Shown here: positions 14,902 through 25,709 of the stretch, in pieces
Numbering within the stretch: the stretch's first letter is position 1
How the letters are laid out: every line of letters begins with the position of its first letter
Assembly (NCBI RefSeq): GCF_964194025.1
Contig: NC_134480.1
Span: 186,001-250,000, forward strand
Direction: 5' to 3'
Source: Convolutriloba macropyga
Taxonomy: Eukaryota
DNA: 64,000 nucleotides
Position numbers and translations under genes: made by a program
The notes under the pieces: model-generated
Told to the model about the DNA's origin: nothing
Seen by the model: the letters and a program-made list of their open reading frames with translations, nothing else
Databases searched by the model: none

Positions 14902-15790
14902 AGTAGTAATAGTTAAGCAGATCAGGGGGGGGGGTAAAAGGAAGTACCTATGTATTAACATTAGGTATAGCCTCCTACCCTCCAATTTCCAAAGATGTAC
15001 CTCCTCACAGCATGATAACCAAGCTGTTCACACGAAGGGGATTAGCAAGATAATCCTTCAATAAAAATTTAGGATGACTCATTTACAGTTACGTACGACT
15101 TTTCAAAAATGTACCTCACAGCATGACACCCAAGCTGTTCACACGAAGGGGATTAGCAGTGCCTTAACAACAAATTAATAAGGTCATTTACCCTTTCCCA
15201 TATTACACTTTACTAATTGTAAATTTCCAAAGATGTACCTCACAGCGTGACACGCAAGCTGTTCACACGAAAGGGATTAGCAAGATAATCCCTCAATAAC
15301 AAAATAGTGAGGCCATTTACCCATTCCAATATTACACTTTACTAATGTCGAATTCCAGAGATATACCTCACAGCGTGACACACAAGCTGTTCACACGAAG
15401 GGGATTAGCATGACAGTGCCTTAACAACGAATCAGTAAGGTCATTGACGCCCGTCCATATTACACATTAATAATGTAAATTTTCAAAAGTGTACCTCACA
15501 GCATGATACCCCAGCTGTTCACACTAAAGGGATTAGCAAGACAGTGTCTTAACATCGAATCAGTAAGGTCATTGAACCCCTACCATTTTACACTTCAATA
15601 ATGTAAATTTCCAAAAACGTACCTCACAGCATGACACCCAAGCTGTTCACACGAAGGGGATTAGCTATAAAATGTTTAAATATTACATTAGATATGATGA
15701 CTCAGAGTTATGTACGACTTACGTGATTTTCAAAAATGTACCGCACAGCATGATACCCAAGCTGTTCACACGAAAGGGATTAGCAAGATA
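14902..15790 (+). repeat. Left terminal inverted repeat with 7 conserved 48-bp repeats
   Basis: Reverse complement of 29162-30053 with roughly a dozen mismatches by eye before the innermost repeat. Core GTACCTCACAGCATGACACCCAAGCTGTTCACACGAAGGGGATTAGCA at ~15000, 15111, 15235, 15363, 15491, 15619, 15738. Confidence 0.95.
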
Positions 15791-15907
15791 ATCCCACAAA
15801 AACAAATTAGTTTGGATTACTCATTCATTCGCCACTACTCCTATTCATTATTTCAAAACAAATTCTAAAAATCAGTTGGTCAAAATTCCAATTTAATTTA
15901 ACTTTCT

Positions 15908-16100
15908 GTTTTCAGATAGACTTTGTTTCTTTCTCGTTGTTGACAGTTTCGATTTATCTTTTTGTTTTCAGATAGACTTTGTTTCTTTCTCCTTGTTGAC
16001 AGTTTCAAGTTGACAGTTTCTTTCTCCTTGTTGACAGTTTTAAGTCGACAGTTTTCAGATAGACTTTGTTTCTTTCTCCTTGTTGACAGTTTCAAGTTGA
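15908..16100 (+). repeat. Three ~42-bp direct repeats plus TTGACAGTTT sub-repeats
   Basis: GTTTTCAGATAGACTTTGTTTCTTTCTCCTTGTTGACAGTTTC at ~15908, ~15964, ~16051. Confidence 0.85.
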
Positions 16101-16341
16101 ACACTTGCAGTGTTGAAGCGGGTAAGCAAACAAATTCAACTAAAAGAAATGTTCCTTTGTTCCTGTATTTAAACTGGACCATTTTAGCCAGCCACAACTT
16201 CCCCCAATAGCAGATATTGCAACACTTCACTTCGCTTTGAAATCCAAAAACAAACTGGTAAGTTTGCTTTTATTAAAACTTGTTTTTGTGAGGTAAGAAT
16301 AAATTTCCAATTATTGGTTACAAAAAACCATTAAAAATCAT

Positions 16342-16600
16342 AAAATTCCCACGTGATTAGCCAATTAGTCACCACATTATTGTCACAATTAATCATAACA
16401 TCACATTAACATAGCACGTCACAATTAGGTCATAGTGTTGTCATAATTAAGTCATAATAACGTCAAAATTACGTCATGGTGTCGTCATAATAACATCACA
16501 ATAACGTCATTCTGTCGTCATAATGACGTCATAGTGTTGTCATTATTACGCCGTAAAAACTACAAAATTACGTCATTATGACATAATTACGCCATATTTG
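16342..16600 (+). promoter_or_regulatory. Putative pPolB promoter: E-box, CCAAT and array of CRE/ATF-like (C/T)GTCA(T) sites
   Basis: CACGTG at 16350 followed by CCAAT; about 20 GTCAT/CGTCA/ATCAC units at ~11-bp period, including a full TGACGTCA at ~16524. Confidence 0.5.
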
Positions 16601-16785
16601 ATAAAGGACTTTTCATTTCCGTTTATTTTCATTTTCCTGGTTTACCGAATTGAGTGCAGTTGAGTACAATAATCATTCCAACTTCTGACAAATATTTTAT
16701 TCCATCGCAAATTTCATTTTAACAATTTTTTGTACTCCTCGTTTCTCACTTCCAATCTTACATTTTATTTTGATTTTCAGCGAAA

Positions 16786-19700
16786 ATGCCCAGAAATTCT
16801 AACCCAAAGGAACAGTGTTCTTCCTGCAATAAGCTTATTATGAAATCCAACATGAGCAGACATCAGAAGCTACACGCAAAAGATGTTCACAATGCTCACA
16901 GTCATTTCCGGACGAAGCAAAATTGCAGAAGCACATTGCTTCTGTACATGCACCGTCTCTGATTATCAAGAAGAAGTTTTCTTGTAGCAGCTGTCCCTTA
17001 TCCTTCTCTACGTATTATCAACTCCTTCATCACAAAAGAAAAAGTCACCAACGTTCAATTCCTAGAACCTACGATGAAGTTGACTTATCTATCAATGGAG
17101 AATCTCCCGCTCTTCACAGTGAACTTCAAACGGTTCAACACTTTCTGCGAGACTCGGTTCTTGAATTGTCCCGAAAGAAAGTTAACAACTTCAAAATAAT
17201 AGAGATCAATCATGAAACAGTGATAGAAAAATTGGATTGTGTTTACAACGAGTTACCCAGTTCAGCTAAAATCAATATTTCGTTTGGATTCGTGCTGCAG
17301 AGTGTGCAAAATCCTGAAGAGTTTCGCTACTACTACGCAGCAGATAACAACCCCATATTTTTAAATCCGATGGTTCTCTCTGATGACTCAGATCTCAATT
17401 ATATTAAATCAAAGTTGAGAGAAGATGAAATTCTGCCAAATCTAATCAATCAACGTCCAGACACAAAATGGAAGTTTTATTGCGTTACAAATGTCACTTT
17501 CTTTGTATTTCTCCTCAGTGGTGTTCCTCTAGGTTGTATCGCTCAAAACATTCCATCTGTTTTGCTCAAGAACAAGCACGTTAAGTGCTTTGTTTCGGAT
17601 TGCGAAAAAAAGCCCTACCAAGACAACTTGTGTATGTTCCGTGCACTGTCTTACGATTTGTATGGTAGTGTTCATTTACAACAAAAAACAATGCAATTGA
17701 TGCAGACGTTTCTCACAGCAACAAGGAGAGATGACGAAACCTTTCCAGGAATACATGAGGACGATATTCCTGTTCTTGAGGCACTAGTTGACAGAAATAT
17801 TCAAGTTTACTCAATATTTTTTGACGAACAATCGGAAATGCTTGCTGAACTTACTCGTCGCTCCTCGATGAAATATACAAAGACAACTTCGTTACTGAGA
17901 TATGAAAATCACATTTGTTGGACAGCAGACATCAACAAATTCCTCAAAAAGTTCCGGTGCTACGTATGCGATCACTTTTTCGATAGATCAAATAATTTGG
18001 AAGTCCACATGAGGAATTGCTCAGAGAGAACAAAACATCACTATCCCTCAGGTACCTATCAGCTATCAGAAACTATTTTCGAGCGCTTGGAGGATGTAAA
18101 TATTAATGTTCCGCAGGAGCTGAGATTGTTTTCTAATCTTATCGTATTCGATTTCGAGTCAATAACAGTCCCCGACAATACACTCAGAAACACAGAATTG
18201 ACTTCGTGGATAGGAAAACATGTTCCCATTAGTGTGTCAATATCCTCGAATCTGCTCTCCGAACCAATTTTTATTTGCAACGAAGATCCGCTTCAACTAA
18301 TCCGTGATTTTGTATCCAGCTTGAGTAATATAGCGGAAAAGAGCACGCTTCTAATGAGGGAGAAACTCAATGATTTCGTACTGGTATTGGAAGAAAAATA
18401 TTGGGCTCTTCGACAACTGGTTCCAGTGAAAGACAAGCAGGTACCCACCGGAGCGGAAGACTTATTTGAGAACGAAGCTGAACCCGAGGTGGAGGAAGAC
18501 GAAGATCTTGAAATTAGGAGACTGAGAAGCGAGCTCAGGGTGATATCAAAATTGAGACAAGATTTTGAAAATTATTACAGTACCATACCTGTTTTCGGAT
18601 TCAACAGCTCTCGGTATGATTTAAACCTAATAAAAGAGTATCTTCTGCATCACCTCTTAATAGAAAAAAACGTTATTCCTAAAGTGATTCGAATGGGGAA
18701 TAAATATATTGGCATGAATTTTCTTGGTCTACAGTTTCTGGACATTTTAAACTTCCTGGGAGGAGCGACAACTCTGGATAATTTCCTAAAAGCCTATGGA
18801 GCGAGTGAAGAGAAAGGTTTCTTCCCCTATGAATGGTTCGACAGTATTGAGAAGTTGAATGTATCCCAACTGCCACCAATTGACAGCTTTTGGAGCAAGT
18901 TGAAGAATCACAACGTTCTTTCAGTCGATTACGATAAGTTCGTGGAATTGAAAAACGGTGGAATGGAACAGGATGAAATTTTGAAGAAGTTGAGACTCAA
19001 GAAAGTTCCACAAAATGCCGAAGAAAATTACTTGGAGCTCCAAAATATATGGGAAAGAAAAGGTATGCAGACGTTTCGTGACTTCCTCATGTGGTACAAT
19101 AACAAAGATGTCGAACCTACACTTGAGGCTATGAAGAAAATGATCAGTTTTTACCACTCAAGACAAGTAGACATGTTGAAGTTGGGCTACACTCTCCCCA
19201 ACTTGGCAAACAGGTTCCTTCATTCGTCAACAGATGCAGCTTTTTTTCCGTTTTGTGAGAAGGATAAAGAATATGATAATTACATTCGAAAGTGGCTAAC
19301 AAGGGGACCCTCAATTATCTTTACAAGGTATGCAAAAGTTGGTTAAACAAAAATTCGAGAGTCAGAAAACGTTTGCAAGTCCATCGTCGGAATAGATGCC
19401 AGTCAGTTGTACCCTTTTTCCATGACAAAAGAGATGCCAACAGGACCCTATACAAAGTGGGAGTACAATGAAGAGACTAAAAAATTTCATCCAAACAGGA
19501 ACTGGAGAAGCTACTTTGAACAGCAGGTCATGGACTACTTCCAACAGGTTCACCCCAATTGTAAAATACAAACCCAGTTCACACACAAGAAACAAAAGAA
19601 GCTCGGTCCTTATTTAGTTGATGGGTTTTGTAACCATTGCAACACGGTTTTTGAAGCGATGGGTTGCTTCTTTCATTTTTGTCCGTGTCAAGAGGAAAAA

Positions 19701-21113
19701 CCGCTTCTCTTCGAGGACATAGAAAGCGGATTGAAGCGAAGAGAACGTGACAATGATAGAAGAGAGTACCTGAAGGGATTGGGGTTGATTGTTGAAGAGA
19801 TCTGGGAGTGTCAATGGAAAAAATGGAGGAGCGAAAACACAAATGGGGTTAAAGACTTTCTCAAGTCAAATTATCCCTTCCAACCAGCGATGAACAAGCA
19901 CTCGCTCATTGAAAAAATTAAACGTGGAGAACTGTTTGGTGTCGTCGATTGTAGTCTGGAGGTTCCAGAGGAAATGTATCCTTGCTTTGAAGACTTTCCT
20001 CCAATTTTCAAGAATTGTGAAGTGGGACGAGATGATATTGGGGACCATATGAAAGAGTTTGCAGAACGCAACAAATTACTATCCAGACCCAGAAAAATGC
20101 TCATTTCCAGTTTCAAACTTGAACGAGGACCAGTTATTACACCACTTTTGTTATTTTATCTAGAAAAAGGTGTTATCCTAAAAGACGTCTTTTGGTTTCT
20201 TCAATACACTCCCCGACGCTGCTTTGAGACATTTGTTCGGAATGTTGTCGATGCCCGCCGCGAAGGAGACCAGAATAAGGAGTCAACAGTCGTTGCGGAG
20301 ACAATGAAGCTGATTGGAAACAGTTCGTATGGATATCAGATCATGGACCGTAGTCGACATACATATACCAAGTACGTGAAAGGATCACAGGTGGACAAAT
20401 TTATTAACAATAGGTTTTTCAAGACTATGAATGAGCTACCAGAGCAGATATATGAGGTAGAAATGAGCAAGTCGCGCATCGATCATAAAGAGCCAATAAT
20501 TGTAGGCTTCTTCATCCTCCAGTACGCCAAACTCACCATGTTACAACTTAAATACAACTTCTTCACCCCTTTCTGTGATAAGAACAAGTACGAACTCATT
20601 GAAATGGATACCGACAGTCTCTACATGGCCCTTAGTGAAGAAAAAATTGAAGACAACATTCGACCAGAAATGCGATCAGTGTGGTACTGGATGAGACAGA
20701 GCGACTGCAATGATAACTTTGCAGCAAACTCTAGCAGCAATTTCTTCCCACGAGAATGTTGCAGACAACATGCTGCCTTTGACAAGAGAACTCCTGGACT
20801 TTTTAAGGAAGAATTTAGATGCTCTGAAATGATTGCTCTTTGTTCAAAGACGTATTGTTGTTACGATGAGGAAACAGACACAGTTAAACTATCAAGTAAA
20901 GGACTCAACAAGAGCAACATTGAGGAGCCCCTAAAAAAGTATAGAAAAGTTCTGTTCAATGAGGAGCGAGTTTATTCAACAAATCGTGGCTTCAGAGTTG
21001 TTGACAACAAGAAAATTTGTACCTATGAACTAAAGAAAGTGGGACTGTCATATTTTTATCCCAAGCGTAAAGTCTGTGAAGATGGTATTCACACTACTCC
21101 TTTAGATTTATAA
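16786..21113 (+). pseudogene. Protein-primed family B DNA polymerase (pPolB), disrupted
   Basis: ExoI IVFDFES, ExoII FNSSRYD, ExoIII YNNKDV, motif A DASQLYP, motif B KLIGNSSYG, motif C MDTDS. In-frame TAA at 19344-19346 joins the 807-aa and 568-aa ORFs; frameshift near 16880 after the ATG at 16786. Confidence 0.95.
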
Positions 21114-21308
21114 CTCGTTTTCTTTAGCCTTATATTTATATCGCCTCTGTTTTTAATTCACAGTTTTCCTACCAATATCTCTTTTTAACAAAAGCCGTTT
21201 TTTTTAAACAAATGAATTAGAAACAAATACACATACAATCAATTAAATACAAAATTTACAAACTTTTAAAGTTTTGAAAACCATTTGCAGCATTTTACGA
21301 ATTATCGA

Positions 21309-21731
21309 TTAAACAAAGATTTTGGTTGTCAAAACTTTCAAAACATCAGCAAAGAACTTCAATATATGAAAATCATTTAAATATTTAGACGAAACTTTAG
21401 AAAATAGCACATGTGCAAAATAAATAGCATATAAACCACACAATTCTGAATCTTGGAGTTTCTCCTGTACTAATGAACCAAAGTTTAATTTTGTCTTGAT
21501 GCCATAATTTTGCAACATTTCTCCCATAGAATCTCCGTAGAACAACTTTCCATTCTTATTCGCAAGCAAAATCCAGTGGGAGCCCGGTTGAGTAGATGGA
21601 TCTATGTTGATTATACAAAACGTGTTTTTAGGTAAATATCTTGGTCGAAGATCTGCAGGGAAGGAACCGAGGTATTTGAACTTTAGGTGTGGGAACCTGT
21701 TGACAACATGTAAGAGTTGTTGATTATCCAT
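21309..21731 (-). CDS. Adenain-like cysteine (capsid maturation) protease
   Basis: NIDPSTQPGSHW...GDSMG...LQDSELCG gives His/Asp/Gln/Cys catalytic residues; ORF intact; ATG overlaps the capsid stop. Confidence 0.9.
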   Translation of the reverse strand: MDNQQLLHVVNRFPHLKFKYLGSFPADLRPRYLPKNTFCIINIDPSTQPGSHWILLANKNGKLFYGDSMGEMLQNYGIKTKLNFGSLVQEKLQDSELCGLYAIYFAHVLFSKVSSKYLNDFHILKFFADVLKVLTTKIFV

Positions 21732-22962
21732 TTTTGGTGACTGATCCCTCCTTATCAATTGCAATTGAACTTATACGTTCACCACTAACGAATAATTCTA
21801 CAGTATTGGTCAAATTGTTAGCAAAGTAGAGCTCTAAACGAATTCCTGCTCCAACTACATCAGGAAAACGCATTTCGACATTGGCCTCCTGTGTTGAAGT
21901 AAGATCGAAAAATAAATGAAAATGGTTTTCAAAATCCTTGTATTGAATGTTAGGACCGTCATCATCAAACTTGAGCGCTTTCATTGTTTCAGCATAAGCT
22001 CTCACGTGATTTTCTGTTTTCAAGTTGACTATAGTTTGATTCCCACGCACAATTTTAATTTGCTGAAGACCAAATTTACGAAAATGGAACGGATTCGTGT
22101 TGTATGTTCCACTGAACTCATTATTCAGATTCATAGCAATATCAATCATTCGAATTGGTTTGTTTGAAAATATATTTTCTTGTATAAACTGGTTCTGTCC
22201 TGCGGGAATAATAAACGTCTTTGGAAGTTCTTCATTATAGTAAAATATGGCAGGTTCTCGAAGCAGTCTGCTTTTGAAACTTCTCATCCAGTTATCTGAG
22301 ATTGCTACCTGTCTAGTAAAAAGGCAAGCTTCCAAAATTAAGGCCTCAGAGTTCAGCCCACCAGTATCGATCACATAGAACGCTGGAGAAGACCGGATCA
22401 ATTTCAGTCTGAGGTTGACATTTGGGAGAAGTAAAGCTTCACAAGCAAAAAGACCTATTGCCAACGGACCATAAAAAGTAAACTCATCTTTATCTTTTTG
22501 AAAAACAACATCTGTAAATGGTCTTTTATTAAAATCGTTTGGCTCAATCTCGTATCGATATCCTTGACATTGAGACAAGCTTTCCTTCGTTCCTTTTGTA
22601 CCTGAAAACTCAGCAGAAACAAAAGCTTGATGAGCATAAAGAGAATTGGCACTGTGAACTTGTTCATTGTTTAGATAGACTTCGCAATTAGAGAAAAGTG
22701 AATGAAGAGCATTGTTTACCAATAATGTTTCTTCGGCATTATCCAAACGTGTTCGATCGCCTTTAATAACCCTTCCTCTGATGAATAATCGAGTAGATCG
22801 CAAGTCAGTGAAAATATTACGATCAGTTTCCAATTGAAATTCGATTGTTGACTCGTTTAGGGAATTTGTTGGAAAAATTTGTTGTTCATTGGACCAAAGA
22901 ATTGGGTCTAAAATTGGAACTTTCCCAAAAAAGTCGAGCATAGAGTGAGATAAGGAATTCAT
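21724..22962 (-). CDS. Double jelly-roll major capsid protein (hexon-like)
   Basis: 412 aa; Polinton MCP motifs (IEF, TDLRST, NNALHSLFS, LLLPNVNLRLKL, GTYNTNPFHF, FDLT); canonical position between penton and protease. Confidence 0.88.
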   Translation of the reverse strand: MNSLSHSMLDFFGKVPILDPILWSNEQQIFPTNSLNESTIEFQLETDRNIFTDLRSTRLFIRGRVIKGDRTRLDNAEETLLVNNALHSLFSNCEVYLNNEQVHSANSLYAHQAFVSAEFSGTKGTKESLSQCQGYRYEIEPNDFNKRPFTDVVFQKDKDEFTFYGPLAIGLFACEALLLPNVNLRLKLIRSSPAFYVIDTGGLNSEALILEACLFTRQVAISDNWMRSFKSRLLREPAIFYYNEELPKTFIIPAGQNQFIQENIFSNKPIRMIDIAMNLNNEFSGTYNTNPFHFRKFGLQQIKIVRGNQTIVNLKTENHVRAYAETMKALKFDDDGPNIQYKDFENHFHLFFDLTSTQEANVEMRFPDVVGAGIRLELYFANNLTNTVELFVSGERISSIAIDKEGSVTKNG

Positions 22963-23002
22963 TTTAGCCGACCGTTTTTTATAATGATAATTGAGGAAAT
23001 GA

Positions 23003-23801
23003 TCAAGATTTTTTCTGGAATAATAAAGTAAGTTGAACTTGACCAATAGGGAAGAAGGGAACAAGGTGTCCAGCAGCGTTTCTTAATTCTACATGGATAC
23101 TGTGGAAGTTCGATTTGATTACTTTATGGAATCTCAAGTGTTCGAAACTGCGATAACTCAGAACCTGCGATCTCTTAAAAATCTCATCATTATGGAACTC
23201 TCGGTGTTTGAATGGAAAGGAGCGTAGAAGAGGACATTTCACATCACCGACTGAATTGGGTTCAACTATATCCAAATAGAGTAAAACTATGTGTTCCAGT
23301 AATATCAAAGGGGAGATCTGCCGTTGCCCAGAACTTGGTGTTGTATGATCTTTTCGAATAAGGCATAACAGGTTTGTCAGCTTCAACGCCCAAGTTAGCA
23401 ACCAAACTTTTGCTGAATGATACATTTTGAGATTCTCTATTGCAAAAAGTTAGTCTTCGACTTTTTTTGTCGATGTTGATGGAAAATTGAGGATCTAAGT
23501 TTTTGGGATGTCGTGCTTTTTTGGGAATATCTGTAAGACTCTTTACAAATTCATCCATAGAGTTAAAAACTGCTGGTGGAATGGCAAAGACATGCTTAAA
23601 TTTCTCATCATAGTGAAAGGTCATCAATCCTCATTCAACGTTATAACATATACCGGGATATGATACTTCGACTAAAGCTACATCCCAAGATCCATCCAGT
23701 TCAATTTTGTCGGGAAGAAAATTAGTGAATGAAGCCATTGTATTTTGAGGATAAACTTGAGAGGAAGCGTTGGATACTAATTCAAGATAAAACGAATTCA
23801 T
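23003..23801 (-). pseudogene. Minor capsid protein (penton-like), disrupted
   Basis: MNSFYLELVSNASSQVYPQNTMASFTNFLP...WDVALVEVSYP; in-frame TGA near 23632; frameshift near 23290; C-terminal LYLDIVEPNSVGDVKCPLLR. Confidence 0.85.
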
Positions 23802-23842
23802 GATGTTTGACTGTACTCTGTGACGTTTGTTTGGGAAAATGA

Positions 23843-24181
23843 TTAGTCAAGGTTCTTCAGAAAGTCTTTCCGAATTTTTTGCCGAACGATACTTTGTCTC
23901 GTGTTTTTCCTCTTTTTCATACCACCACCAACTTGTTTTCGTATTGTTGATTTCGCAGTCTTCTTTACTGCTCTTTTAATTGAAGTCTGTCCTGATTAAA
24001 CACCTCCAATTTCGGGAATGGCTGACTCGATTACATCTCGTCCAATTTTTTTTGCTGCAGGTAAAACGTATTTCTTGAGAATTGGGAGAGTTGTTCTAGC
24101 GACTGTTCTAGTCAAGGCTCCAAAGCCACGCCCTCTCTGACGAGGAACTCCTTTAAAATAAGGCACATTGTAACCGTCCAT
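23843..24181 (-). pseudogene. Small basic core / membrane-lytic protein (adenovirus pVII/pVI-like) with one internal stop
   Basis: FKGVPRQRGRGFG, amphipathic helix, TAA at 23996-23998, then in frame SGQTSIKRAVKK...QVGGGMKKRK...KNLD*. Confidence 0.7.
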
Positions 24182-24208
24182 TTTCTAGCGCGACTAATTG
24201 AAAAATGA

Positions 24209-24962
24209 TTATTTAACTTTTGACAATTCTTGCTCGTAAAAGATTCCATCAATGTTTTCTCCTTTCTGATCAACAACAAAGAAAGTCGGGAAAGGAGCCA
24301 AAGTGTTTATTTTTCGAATTAGGAAAATTTCATGTGCATAGTGAGGCTTATATCCTTTTTGAAAATTGTGCCCTGCTAATACCAACCGAACTTTATCACC
24401 TACTTTAAAATTAGGCTACTTGTTTTTTCGTAGTTTCATCCGCTTGTACATGACAGTCAAAAAGTCAGCATTTACTACATTTTTGGGTGCCAAACCAATA
24501 CTTCGATTTATTCTAGAGTTGATGATGTCAACAAACATTTGCAGGTCTTTGATGTAAGATAATGTGTCCTTTTCACATTTTGATAAAAGCTGCTTTCACA
24601 CCCTCTGCTCCTTTGCTTCGTAATGCTTCTACTCGCAAGAATCGAGAAAAAACATCGACAGTAACGAGTAAAAAGTTGATACCTCGGTTCCATTGTGATA
24701 GTTTATCCATTTGTGCAAGATCCAAACACCAAATCTCATCAATATAGCGAGCATGAGCATTTAGCCGGGGAAATTTTCTTCTGATCCTTTTGTACTTCGT
24801 ATAAGAGTCTTTTGATTGTAAAAATTCTGTAACTTTCTCGCGACTTATTCCACTTGATTTTGTTAGGTTGTTGATAGAACCGAAAGCTGTTGCTCCCTTC
24901 CCTTTATACAACTTCTGCAATTTGATTCTATCTGAAACTGTAATTGAACCAGTCTGAACCAT
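24209..24962 (-). pseudogene. Retroviral-like (rve) Polinton integrase with internal deletion
   Basis: WCLDL and TVDVFSR motifs; junction at ~24576 jumps to EKDTLSYIKDL...RSIGLAP; TAG; FKVGDKVR...FQKGY...GIFYEQEL. Second Asp and Glu segment missing. Confidence 0.92.
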
Positions 24963-25398
24963 ACTGTGTCCTCAAAATGTTGTTTTTAACCAGATATGGT
25001 CTCAGATTTAGAACTTTAAGAAATAGGAAATAGTTTGGATCAACTGGAGCGTTTTTCAATTTGATTGAATGAAGGAATGTTTTTATATCAACTCCAGTGT
25101 CAACGTTGTCAACAATAATTGTATTGGAAAGAGAAACTTTCAACCGTTTGTTTTCGTAAATTTCTTTCAAAGTTTTCAATGTCTCGGGACTGTTCTTATA
25201 GTGAAATTCCAGATCTGTCTTAAGTTCTTTAGGTGGACGCTCGGTTTTTTCGGAACTAATTTCTTCTTTCGCTTTTTTGATAACTGGAAAAACAGTTTCT
25301 TCCTTTTTATAGATCTCGCAGGAGGGTTCCGGTAATTTCCTTTTTCTGGTCTCCCACAGTTCTTTTGGAACAAGAACAAACTTTTTGACCTCACTCAT
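24928..25398 (-). CDS. Polinton-type protein of unknown function (KKFVLVP N-terminus)
   Basis: 156-aa intact ORF overlapping both neighbours; N-terminal motif and position upstream of the integrase resemble Polinton core genes. Confidence 0.65.
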   Translation of the reverse strand: MSEVKKFVLVPKELWETRKRKLPEPSCEIYKKEETVFPVIKKAKEEISSEKTERPPKELKTDLEFHYKNSPETLKTLKEIYENKRLKVSLSNTIIVDNVDTGVDIKTFLHSIKLKNAPVDPNYFLFLKVLNLRPYLVKNNILRTQYGSDWFNYSFR

Positions 25399-25709
25399 TG
25401 AAGAAATTTGAAAATTTGTTTATACAAGGTTGATATATGTAATTTAATATTGTTATTCCAGCTTTCGAGCCCAATATAAGTCTTCTGGAATTGAGGGTTG
25501 TTGATTTTGACGTGAGCTTTCTAAGTTGTTTTTGGAAGCGAACAAACTGATTTTTTCTTACTCCTGTGAGGTTTCCTTCAATCAAGTTTACAATACACTC
25601 AGAGAAATCTGATGAACTCTTTAGGACAATTTAGAAGGAAAGCTGGTTGAAATTTCTTGCTGAGATTGCGAAAGAGCTTCAGAGTATAATAGTTCTGTGC
25701 GTTTATCAT
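25391..25709 (-). pseudogene. Small basic Polinton core protein, frameshifted
   Basis: MINAQNYY...PKEFIRFL / ECIVNLIEGNL...KQLRKL...RRLIL; frameshift at ~25600. The ORF track wrongly fuses its N-terminal half to the ATPase. Confidence 0.65.

Noticed and set aside
15111-15158. Twister ribozyme in the TIR repeat (CCCAAGC loop, GAAGGG tail)
   Set aside because: No UAA cleavage site or P2 pairing, and CCC varies without compensation. An Infernal scan would settle it.
15116-15160. RAG recombination signal (CACAGCR heptamer-like)
   Set aside because: No nonamer at 12 or 23 bp.
14997-15790. True CRISPR array
   Set aside because: Eukaryotic context, no cas genes, and the spacers are long and homologous to one another.
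19344-19346. Programmed readthrough or alternative genetic code in the Polinton
   Set aside because: Internal stops include TAA, TGA and TAG alongside frameshifts and TIR mismatches, which fits neutral decay.
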